DNA of 58,761 bases, filler included, from Actinomycetales bacterium (GTDB lineage: Bacteria > Actinomycetota > Actinomycetes > Actinomycetales > CAVURS01): NCBI GenBank assembly GCA_045807245.1. It is 4 parts of 4 records of this genome, joined end to end, with 100 filler letters (N's around TTAATTAATTAA, not from the genome) between each part and the next. Parts side by side here need not be neighbours in the genome. Positions count along the whole stretch, not along the records: positions 1 to 18,116 come from JBJMHS010000070.1; positions 18,217 to 39,145 come from JBJMHS010000071.1; 2 more parts are not named here. One strand, 5' to 3'. Positions 11,790 to 20,035 of the stretch are shown one piece after another. Below the pieces are notes generated by a model. That model was not told the origin of the DNA, did not search any database, and saw only the letters and a list, made by a program, of their open reading frames with translations. The position numbers and the translations under genes are program-made. Position 1 is the first letter of the stretch. Each line of letters starts with the position of its first letter.

Positions 11790-11875
11790 CGGGCGCCGGG
11801 CCGCGGTAGCCCCGGGTTCCAAATACGCCGCTCCGAGCGGCCGTGCGCCGTGAGGCGCTCCCGGCCCGGCGCCCG
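11790..11875 (+). ncRNA. Candidate structured small RNA (unnamed)
   Basis: Perfect 14-bp closing stem (11790-11803/11862-11875) enclosing two hairpins, one with a GNRA loop; TTGACA at 11758-11763. Confidence 0.5.
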
Positions 11876-11926
11876 CTCCCGCTTGTTGACCGATCGTTCC
11901 CCGAGGCCGCACGGCAGGATGACGTG

Positions 11927-13471
11927 ATGGATCCGCGCGTTCGCCGAGTGGTCGACGCCGCGATCGTGGTTCTGCTGGCCCTGGGCGGCGCCTTCGTCGG
12001 GTCGCTGCTCGCGCCCTCGTCGCACACGCGGGTGGGTCCGCTGACCGTGAAGGTCGACGTCCGGCCGAGCCTGCATCCGGCGACTCAGCTGGCCGTGGCG
12101 CCGTTCGGTTCGGTGCGGTTCGACACCCACTCGGCTCCCCTCGCGGTGAACGCCAGCATCCAGACCGTCGACGTGGAGCAGGCGCAGGAGGTCCTCAGCT
12201 CCAGCGCGAGCCTGCGTGACCTCGAGGACAAGGCCCCGGACCGGATGCGGTCGGCCGTCCTGCGGGCCGCGATCTTCACCGCCCTCTGTGCGTTGGCCGG
12301 TGCCCTGGTCGTCGGGGCCCTCGGCGAGCGCACACTGCGCGCGGCCCTCGAGTCAGGCGCGATCGCTCTCGTGGTGGTCGTGGTGTTCGGTAGTGGTGCG
12401 GTGCTCACCTTCCACCAGGACTCGCTGGCCGCGCCCAAGTTCAGCGGCGTCCTGACTCGCGCGCCGTACGTCGTCGGGCAGACGCAGAGCCTGGTCAAGC
12501 GGCTGGAGTCCTATCGCGCCGGACTGGCCGACGTGGTCGACTCGGTCACCTCGTTGTACGCGGTCGGGTCACGGTTGCCGGGCACGGTCGAGGGGGAGGC
12601 CAAGGGCGAGGTCATCACCGTGCTGCATGTGTCGGACATCCACGACAACCCGTTGGGCTTCGACCTCACCGACCGGCTGGTGAAGCAGTTCGGCGCGGAC
12701 CTGGTCGTCGACACGGGCGACATCACGACCAACGGAACGTCTCTCGAGGGCACTCAGCTCAGTCGCATCGCTGCGCTGAAGGTGCCGTACGTGTTCGTCC
12801 GGGGCAACCACGACTCGGCCTCGACCCAGGATTCCGTTGCGGCGCAGTCGAATGCCGTCGTGCTGGACGACAGCGTGCAGACGGTCGGCGGCCTGACCTT
12901 CGCCGGGATCGGTGACCCGCGGTTCACCCCCGAGGAGGGTTCCGCGGCTCCACACCGGGAGCAGGCGGTCGCGGCCGACGCGCAGCTCGCGGCGACCATC
13001 CGCAGCTACGACACGGCGCACCCGCTGGACAAGATCGACGTGGCTCTGGTGCACGACCCGCAGGCGGCTCAGCCGCTGGACGGCGTCGTGCCGCTGATCA
13101 TGGCCGGCCACCTCCACAAGCGGTCGGTGAAGACCGAGGGCGGCACGAGGTACCTCATCGAGGGGACCACCGGCGGCGCCCTGCTGACGTCGGACGGCCT
13201 GGTCAAGGCCGAGGCCGGACAGGCCGTGCCGCTGACCGCGACCCTGCTGTACTTCGGACGGTCGGGCATCGATGAGGGGCGACTTCTCGCGTACGACGAG
13301 GTGACCGTCGGCGGGCTCGGCCTGACGTCGGTGAGCATCCAGCGCACGGTGCTGCGTCCGGGCGACATCGCCCGGCCCAGCGACATGCCACTGCCGACAC
13401 CCACCGCGACGTCGACGCCGTCGACGAGCTCCGACCTGCTGTCTCCGGCCGGTTCGCCGTCGACACCCTGA
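11927..13471 (+). CDS. Membrane-anchored calcineurin-like metallophosphoesterase
   Basis: SDIH, DTGD, GNHD, VHDP, AGHLH motifs after N-terminal TM segments. Confidence 0.9.
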   Translation: MDPRVRRVVDAAIVVLLALGGAFVGSLLAPSSHTRVGPLTVKVDVRPSLHPATQLAVAPFGSVRFDTHSAPLAVNASIQTVDVEQAQEVLSSSASLRDLEDKAPDRMRSAVLRAAIFTALCALAGALVVGALGERTLRAALESGAIALVVVVVFGSGAVLTFHQDSLAAPKFSGVLTRAPYVVGQTQSLVKRLESYRAGLADVVDSVTSLYAVGSRLPGTVEGEAKGEVITVLHVSDIHDNPLGFDLTDRLVKQFGADLVVDTGDITTNGTSLEGTQLSRIAALKVPYVFVRGNHDSASTQDSVAAQSNAVVLDDSVQTVGGLTFAGIGDPRFTPEEGSAAPHREQAVAADAQLAATIRSYDTAHPLDKIDVALVHDPQAAQPLDGVVPLIMAGHLHKRSVKTEGGTRYLIEGTTGGALLTSDGLVKAEAGQAVPLTATLLYFGRSGIDEGRLLAYDEVTVGGLGLTSVSIQRTVLRPGDIARPSDMPLPTPTATSTPSTSSDLLSPAGSPSTP

Positions 13472-13483
13472 CGAGCCGCCCAG

Positions 13484-13759
13484 CTAGGGTGCGCCGCTGG
13501 TCTCGTGCCGTTGCGCGTCGGCCAGCGCGATGGCGCGGGCCCGCCGGGCGGGGCCGGCCCACGCGCAGGAGCCGCAGCGGGCCCGGGTGAACGATCCCGA
13601 CTCCACCAGCTCGGAGGCGTGGCGCAACGGCTGGGTCAGGTCGATGACGACGTCCGGCTCGACGTCTGGCTCGACGTCCGGCCCGACGCGGAGGTCGACG
13701 GCCAGGTCGACGTACAGGTCGTGGAACTCCCCCTGGGCAGGTGGGCGCGCTGCCGCCAT
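13484..13759 (-). CDS. Small hypothetical protein with CxxC...H motif
   Basis: ATG at 13759; RCGSCAWAGPARRAR...AQRH. Confidence 0.5.
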   Translation of the reverse strand: MAAARPPAQGEFHDLYVDLAVDLRVGPDVEPDVEPDVVIDLTQPLRHASELVESGSFTRARCGSCAWAGPARRARAIALADAQRHETSGAP

Positions 13760-13962
13760 GTGCCCATCATGGCTGCTCTGCAGCGGTGACGGCGAGGCCG
13801 GGTGGAGGTTAGGCCGGCCGGGTGACCGAACGTGTGCAGATGAGCAGAACCGGACACCGACCGGGGCGCCCGAACGTACGCTGGCTGCACGCGCTGGCGG
13901 CCGCAAGCGCGCAGTACGTGCGGGAGATTGCTCCCGTGCACTCGGGTGGCCCTGGAGTTCGG

Positions 13963-14211
13963 ATGCCCGCCGTGGATGACGAGCAGACCTCCGTTCCGCA
14001 CGCACCGGCGCCGTCGACATTTGGGCACGATCCGGGCACTTCGGTGACCGTGGACGGCCCGTCGCTGCTCAGTACGGACGCCGAGCTGCAAGATCCCGAG
14101 CTGCACCAGGAGATCGAGCTGGTGTCCGTCCTCGTGCTCACCGCGTCCGCCAGCGGCCGGCGGCTGACCACGGCCGAGATCGACCGAGCCCTCGGGCTGA
14201 GCGAGGGCTGA
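13963..14211 (+). CDS. Small hypothetical protein
   Basis: GGAG upstream of ATG 13963; C-terminal EIELVSVLVLTASAS...EIDRALGL; start uncertain. Confidence 0.55.
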   Translation: MPAVDDEQTSVPHAPAPSTFGHDPGTSVTVDGPSLLSTDAELQDPELHQEIELVSVLVLTASASGRRLTTAEIDRALGLSEG

Positions 14212-14397
14212 CCCCTGGACCGCCCGGTCCCCCTCCACTCCGGGCCGCTCCGCTCCGCGCCCCGGCGCCCTGGCGCGTCGTACTGGTTGAGCGTCTGACC
14301 GGTCGACCCCCTAGCATCGCCCCAGGCGTGGGTTGACTCCCTGCCCGGCCGTCCCCGGCTCGTACCGACCCTCGTTGCCGACAACCCCGGAGACATC

Positions 14398-15018
14398 GTG
14401 CGCTTCAGTCTGACTCCGCAGGACACCAGCTTCTACGACATGTTCCAGACGTCTGCCCGGCACCTGGTGACCGGCGCCACGCTCCTGACCGAGGTCATGG
14501 GGTCCTCTCGGGCGGAGCGCGAGCTGCTGGCGCAGAAGATGCGCGAGGCCGAGCATGCTGCTGACGAGACGACCCACGAGATCATGCGCAAGGTCAACTC
14601 CTCGTTCATCACGCCGTTCGACCGCGAGGACATCTACGCCCTGGCTTCGTCGCTGGACGACTGCATGGACGAGATGGACGCTGCGGTGGACCTGATCGTG
14701 CTGTACCAGCTCGACGCGCTGCCCGAGCGCGTCTCCGGACAGGTCGAGGTCCTGGTGCGGATGGCCGAGCTGACCGCCGAGGCGATGCCGAAGCTCCGGT
14801 CGATGAACGACCTGTCCGAGTACTGGATCGAGATCAACCGGCTGGAGAACCAAGGCGACCAGCTGTACCGCCGGCTGCTGGCCGAGCTGTTCAACGGCGA
14901 CCTCAAGGCGACGGCCATCATGAAGCTCAAGGAGGTCGTCGACGAGCTCGAGGCCGCGACCGACGCCTTCGAGAAGGTGGCGCACACGGTCGAGAGCATC
15001 GCGGTCAAGGAGTCCTGA
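14398..15018 (+). CDS. DUF47 phosphate transport regulator (PhoU-like)
   Basis: EHAAD, FITPFDREDIY, RLENQGD; directly upstream of pit. Confidence 0.93.
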   Translation: MRFSLTPQDTSFYDMFQTSARHLVTGATLLTEVMGSSRAERELLAQKMREAEHAADETTHEIMRKVNSSFITPFDREDIYALASSLDDCMDEMDAAVDLIVLYQLDALPERVSGQVEVLVRMAELTAEAMPKLRSMNDLSEYWIEINRLENQGDQLYRRLLAELFNGDLKATAIMKLKEVVDELEAATDAFEKVAHTVESIAVKES

Positions 15019-15024
15019 CCGAAC

Positions 15025-16017
15025 GTGGACTGGCTCCCCATCGTCGTCGTCATCTCGTTGGCGATGGCGTTCAACTACACCAACGGGTTCCACGACGCGG
15101 CCAACGCGATCGCGACGTCGGTGTCGACCCGGGCGCTGACGCCTCGGGTCGCACTGTTGCTCGCCGCGGTGTTCAACCTGGCCGGCTCCTTCCTCGGCGT
15201 GAAGGTCGCCAAGACCGTGGGCAGCGGCATCATCGAGGCGCCGGAGGGGCACCGGGGCCTGGTGCTCGTCGCCGCCGCCCTTATCGGCGCCACCAGCTGG
15301 AACCTGCTGACCTGGTGGCTCGGCCTGCCGTCGTCGTCGTCGCATGCGCTCATCGGCGGGCTCGGCGGCGCGGCGATCGCGGCCAGCGCGACGGTGAAGT
15401 GGCACGGCGTACTGGAGAAGGTCATCATCCCGATGGTGCTCTCGCCCATCGCCGGCGTGATCCTCGGGTACATCGTGATGGCCAGCATCCTGTGGCTGTT
15501 CCGCCGGGCCAACCCCGGCCGCGTCTCGCGGGGGTTCCGGTATGCGCAGAGCATCTCCGCCTGTGGCATGGCGCTCGGCCACGGGCTCCAGGACGCCGCC
15601 AAGACGGCCGGCGTCGTCGTACTCGCCCTGAACGTCGGCGGCTACCACGAGGGTGACTCGGTGCCGTTCTGGGTGCTGGCGCTGACGGCCGTGGTGATCT
15701 CGCTCGGGACGTACTCCGGCGGGTGGCGGATCATGCGGACGCTGGGACGACGGATCATCCACCTCGACCCTCCGCACGGGTTCGCGGCCGAGACGACGGC
15801 GGCGTCGATCCTGTACGTCGCGGGGCTGGGTTTCGGCGCGCCGATCTCGACGACGCACACCATCACGTCGGCGATCATGGGCGTCGGCGCGACCAAGCGG
15901 CTGTCGGCCGTCCGGTGGGGCGTGGCGACGAACATCGTCGGGGCCTGGGTGCTGACGTTCCCCGGAGCCGGCGTGACTGCGGCCCTCGCCTACGAGGTCA
16001 TCTCCCTCTTCACCTAA
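15025..16017 (+). CDS. pit: Inorganic phosphate transporter (PiT family)
   Basis: NGFHDAANAIATSV, PSSSSHALIGG, HGLQDAAK, PISTTH signatures. Confidence 0.95.
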   Translation: MDWLPIVVVISLAMAFNYTNGFHDAANAIATSVSTRALTPRVALLLAAVFNLAGSFLGVKVAKTVGSGIIEAPEGHRGLVLVAAALIGATSWNLLTWWLGLPSSSSHALIGGLGGAAIAASATVKWHGVLEKVIIPMVLSPIAGVILGYIVMASILWLFRRANPGRVSRGFRYAQSISACGMALGHGLQDAAKTAGVVVLALNVGGYHEGDSVPFWVLALTAVVISLGTYSGGWRIMRTLGRRIIHLDPPHGFAAETTAASILYVAGLGFGAPISTTHTITSAIMGVGATKRLSAVRWGVATNIVGAWVLTFPGAGVTAALAYEVISLFT

Positions 16018-16114
16018 CCCCCCCTGCTTGGGTGCCCTCCCAAAGCCGCTTTGCCCTCCGAAAGCCGCCCGCGGCCGTGAAATCGGCGACTCCGAGCGGC
16101 TTTCGAGGGGTACG
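16014..16114 (+). repeat. Left 101-bp inverted-repeat arm (REPIN-like)
   Basis: Two (G/C)AAAGCCGC copies, a 27-nt spacer, then GCGGCTTTC; inverse of 17272-17372. Confidence 0.9.
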
Positions 16115-17369
16115 TCAACGGGCCGGCGTGGGACGCAGGGTGCCGCGAAAGCGCTCGGGCTTGGCTCGAGCCAGGGCTTGTTGGACGCGTCGAGCCACTC
16201 GTGCCGGGTCGCCCATGATCTCCGCCGTGCTCCAGCGAACGACCTCCAGCCCCGTCTCCCGCAGCCGGTCCTCCCGCTCCTTCTCCCGCCGGACCACCCG
16301 GCGTACGGCGTCCATCCTCAGCTCGCGCAACGCCTCGGCGCCCGCGTTCGCCGGCTCCGCCCAGTCGGCCAGCGAGTACTTGGTGATCCCGTCCGCCTCG
16401 CCGACCACGAGGCCCGGGTACCAGAGGGCGTCGACCCGGGCGACGAACGTCCCGAGCTCGTCGAAGACCTCGACCTGAGGTTCGGCGAGGTCGACGCCCT
16501 GGCCCCACAGGCGCACCGCCGACACCGACTCCAGCCAGCTCTCGCGGCGGCCGTCCACGAGCGGCAGGCCCGCAGCGGCTCGCGCGGCGTAGGGCCACGT
16601 TGCCTGACGTCCGAGCACCTCCGCGATGGCGCTCAGGCTGGTCTGCCCGGACCGGGCGGCCGCGTCAGCCAGCGGGACGGAGATCTCCGCCGAGTAGTGC
16701 CTCAGACAGTCCGCGGCGGTCCGGGCGGCCGACGTCAGCGGACCCTCTGACCGGTCGATCACATCTCCGGGCCACAGGCTCGCGACCTGGACGACGGCAT
16801 TCCGGTCGACCCGCGGAGAGTGTGCGATGCACCCGTCGGTCAGTGTGGCGCGGGGGAACTCGCCGAGCGGCAGCGGCAGGGCCAGGCGCGAGGCCGCAGT
16901 GATGTGGCTGTCGACGAGGTTCAGGGCTCGGTTGGCCAGCCGGGCCGCGGCCGCTTGGAGCTCGTTCCGGCGGCCGGGCGACGCGGTGTCATAGGTCTCG
17001 CGCAGGCAGAAGACTCCGCGCCGCAGCGCGATCCACCGCCCGCTCCTCGCTCTCTGGGTGACCTGGTGTCTGGTGTAGCCCGCACTGATCGCCGTCGGCC
17101 GGTCGAACACGGGCGGCAGACGCGCCTGCTCTGTCCGCAGAGCTGTCTCCTGGGTCCGCATCCGGGCGAGCATCCGCTGGTCGGGCGCAGTACGACGATG
17201 CACGAACGGTGCCCTGTGGATGCCGGTACGACGCGCACAGCCTGTGGACGGAGGCTGCTACTCACGCGCGTCGTACCCCTCGAAAGCCGCACGCACGCCA
17301 CGAATCCGCCGTCGGGAGCGGCTTTCAGGGGGCAAAGCGGCTTTCGGAGGGCACCCAAACGGCGGGGGT
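16017..17369. mobile_element. Putative inverted-repeat-bounded element carrying an AbiEi-like/nuclease gene, TA on both sides
   Basis: Long terminal IRs; TA at 16015-16016 and 17370-17371; reconstructed empty site CTAG. No transposase motif seen. Confidence 0.6.
16115..17173 (-). CDS. AbiEi-like N-terminal domain plus DUF559/Vsr-like PD-(D/E)XK domain protein
   Basis: AISAGYTRHQV...GRWIALRRGVF, SHITAA, TSAARTAADC, ESWLES, RVDALW...GEADGITKY, EKEREDRLRETGLEVVRW. Start could be 17161, 17173 or 17203. Confidence 0.8.
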   Translation of the reverse strand: MLARMRTQETALRTEQARLPPVFDRPTAISAGYTRHQVTQRARSGRWIALRRGVFCLRETYDTASPGRRNELQAAAARLANRALNLVDSHITAASRLALPLPLGEFPRATLTDGCIAHSPRVDRNAVVQVASLWPGDVIDRSEGPLTSAARTAADCLRHYSAEISVPLADAAARSGQTSLSAIAEVLGRQATWPYAARAAAGLPLVDGRRESWLESVSAVRLWGQGVDLAEPQVEVFDELGTFVARVDALWYPGLVVGEADGITKYSLADWAEPANAGAEALRELRMDAVRRVVRREKEREDRLRETGLEVVRWSTAEIMGDPARVARRVQQALARAKPERFRGTLRPTPAR

Positions 17370-17372
17370 TAG
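17272..17372 (-). repeat. Right 101-bp inverted-repeat arm (REPIN-like)
   Basis: Reverse complement aligns without gaps to 16014-16114; 68/74 identity outside the 27-nt spacer (hand count). Confidence 0.9.
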
Positions 17373-18116
17373 CCGAAGCGGCCGGAGATGTAGTCCTCGG
17401 TCGCGGTCTCGCTCGGGTTGTTGAAGATCTTCTGCGTGTCGTCCATCTCGATCAGCCGGCCGGGCTTGCCCTGCGCCGCGAGGTTGAAGAACCCGGTCCG
17501 GTCGGACACCCGGGCCGCCTGCTGCATGTTGTGGGTCACGATGACGATCGTGTACGTGGACTTCAGCTTGGCGATCAGGTCCTCGATGGCCAGAGTCGAG
17601 ATGGGGTCCAGGGCCGAGCACGGCTCGTCCATCAGCAGCACCTGCGGCTCGACGGCGATGGCCCGGGCGATGCACAGCCGCTGCTGCTGACCGCCGGACA
17701 GTCCCGAGCCGGGCTTGTCCAGCCGGTCCTTCACCTCGTTCCAGAGGTTGGCGCCGCGCAGCGAGGCCTCGACGATCTGGTCCATCTTCGACTTCGGCTG
17801 CCGGCCCTGCAGCCGCAGCCCGGCGACCACGTTGTCGTAGATCGACATCGTCGGGAACGGGTTCGGCCGCTGGAACACCATGCCGATCGTGCGCCGCACA
17901 TTCACCGGGTCGACCCGGCCGCCGTAGATGTCCTCCTCGTCCAGCATGACCTTGCCCTCGACGCGCGCCCCGGGGATCACCTCGTGCATGCGGTTAAGGG
18001 TGCGCAGGAAGGTCGACTTGCCGCAGCCGGACGGGCCGATGAACGCCGTCACCGACCGCGGCTCGATGGTCATGCTGACGTCCTGCACGGCGAGGAACGA
18101 CCCGTAGTAGACGTTC
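17369..18116 (-). CDS. pstB: Phosphate ABC transporter ATP-binding protein, 5' truncated at contig end
   Basis: [42 protein letters not shown], ends YISGRFG. Confidence 0.95.
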
Positions 18117-18216
18117 NNNNNNNNNNNNNNNNNNNNNNNNNNNNNNNNNNNNNNNNNNNNTTAATTAATTAANNNNNNNNNNNNNNNNNNNNNNNNNNNN
18201 NNNNNNNNNNNNNNNN
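18117..18216. other. Artificial contig linker
   Basis: N run with TTAATTAATTAA (stops in six frames). Confidence 0.98.
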
Positions 18217-19548
18217 CGTCGTCGGGTCGAGCGCGAGGATCTCCAGCGCGGCCTCGTAGTGGGCGGCGGCCTCGTCCGGACCCCCGACGGACATCGCTTC
18301 GTCGCCCGCCTGGATGCTCGCCCGCAGGGCCACCGGCAGGTCATGGGCGGCTCGCGCGTGGCCGGCCAGCTCGGCCGCGGTCGCGATGGCGCCGGGAGCG
18401 GAGAGCGCCGCGACGTACGCCGTGTGCCACCGCACCCGCTCGCCGGGCAGCAGGTCGCCGTACACCGCCTCGGCCAGGAGGGCGTGCCGGAACGCGTAGC
18501 CGTCACGCACGGGCAGCAGGATGTTGGCGTCCACCGCGGGGCGCAGGGTCGCGTCGAAGTCCGTGTCGTCGCCGACCACGGCGGCGAGCAGGTCGTGCGA
18601 GACACGCCGACCGGCCACTGCGGCGGCCCGCACGATCTGGCGGGTCGTGTCGTCGAGGCGGTCCAGGCGGACCAGCAGCAGGTCGGCGAGGTCGGTCGGG
18701 ATCATCCGTCCGCCATCACCCGCCGCGGCGACGAGCTCCTCGGTGAAGAAGGCGTTGCCCTCGGCGCGGGCGACGATGCGGCGCACCTCCATCTCGGGGA
18801 TGGGGCCCGGATGCAGGGCGCGCACGAGGGTGCGGACCTCCTTGCTGGACAGGGGCCGCAGGGTCATCCGGCTGATCTGCGGCAGCCGCGCCCACTCGGC
18901 GGCGGTCGCGCGCAGCGGGTGGCGGCGGTGCAGGTCGTCGGTGCGGTACGACGCGACGATGGCCACTGGACCGGCCGGCGGCCGGGTGAAGAGCATCGTC
19001 AGCAGGTCGCGGGTCGACTGGTCGGCCCAGTGGATGTCCTCGACGAGGACCAGCAGCGGGCGCTCCTCGGCGAGCTGGCTCAGCGCTGCGTGGACGGCGT
19101 CGATGAGGTCGCCGCGGCCCAGCCGGTCGGCCCCGTCGCTCGTCGTGGCGTCAGTGCTGCCGCGGTCCGCCGCGTCGATCATCCGGTGCCCGGGCATCAG
19201 GCGGGCCAGCGCGGGCTGCGCGGCGATCAAGGCGTCGGCGACCGCCGGCTCGTCGCGCGCGATGCTGCCGAACAGCTCGCTGAACGGCAGGTAGGGGAGC
19301 GCGGAGTCCCCGAAGTCGAGGCAGTGGCCGACCGCCACGCGCCACCCGGCGCCGACCGCGCGGTTGCGCAGCTCGAGCAGCAGGCGGGTCTTGCCCAGCC
19401 CGGCGTCGCCGCCCAGCAGAACGGCCGCGCCCTGGGGTCGGCTCAGACCGTCGCCGGACACACCGACGAGCCCGACCTCGCGACTGAGCGAGTCGAGCTC
19501 GTCTGCGCGCCCGACGAGCGGGCTGCGAACTTCTGCCTCCGGCGGCAC
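18217..19548 (-). CDS. AAA-ATPase (LuxR/LAL-type) transcriptional regulator, 3' truncated
   Basis: LVGRADEL, GDAGLGKTRL, LVEDIHWAD, GNAFFTEEL, FRHALLAEAVY. The C-terminal HTH would lie beyond the contig end. Confidence 0.88.
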
Positions 19549-19601
19549 GCACCCATCATCGAGGGCGGTGCCGACAACCGGAAAGGCGGTTTCTGCGGCG
19601 G

Positions 19602-19811
19602 TCACGCGGCGTGCTGGTGCTGCGCGGCCGTCCCCTCGCGGCTGGAGCTGTCGGACTCGGTCCGCTGGCGCGGCAGGAACACTGCCGGCTGGTGGACGCT
19701 GTCCAGCTCCTCGTGACGGTTGCGACGGAACGGACCGAAGTTGGCGATTGCCCGCTCCCGGCGGTAGTTCGCCTCGGTGACCAGGAACACGCCGGCCAGT
19801 GGGTGCATCAT
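19602..19811 (-). CDS. Small hypothetical protein upstream of the LuxR-AAA regulator
   Basis: AAGGAGAG RBS then ATG; EANYRRERA motif. Confidence 0.6.
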   Translation of the reverse strand: MMHPLAGVFLVTEANYRRERAIANFGPFRRNRHEELDSVHQPAVFLPRQRTESDSSSREGTAAQHQHAA

Positions 19812-19870
19812 GTCGGGCTCTCCTTGTGTATCGCTCGAGCTGTTCGAGCTGATGTACCGAGAGTGGGCTT

Positions 19871-19967
19871 CTGAGGTAGCAAGGGACATCGGACGTTCGC
19901 CTTATCTGTTTCGGGCGTCCGACGGCCTACTCGCCGCCTGAGGTAGCCCCCGGCCGAGCTACCTCAG
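19871..19967. promoter_or_regulatory. Three copies of CTGAGGTAGC (putative operator)
   Basis: Direct at 19871-19880 and 19938-19947, inverted at 19958-19967. Confidence 0.6.
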
Positions 19968-19980
19968 ACGAGGCCGGACC

Positions 19981-20035
19981 GTGCTTGCTCGGTGCTTGCT
20001 CGGTGCTTGCTCGGTGCCTGCTCTGTGACTGCTCA
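19981..20035. repeat. 11-bp tandem repeat, about 5 units
   Basis: GTGCTTGCTCG x3 exact plus two degenerate units. Confidence 0.85.

Noticed and set aside
16014..17372. Repeat-spacer pattern as a possible CRISPR array
   Set aside because: Only two inverted arms, no run of direct repeats with unique spacers, and no cas genes.
18117..18216. TTAATTAATTAA palindrome within N runs (also 39146-39245 and 48756-48855)
   Set aside because: Artificial six-frame-stop linker. Genes truncated here (pstB, LuxR-AAA, clpX, atpA, rho) are not pseudogenes, and cross-gap neighbours are not real.
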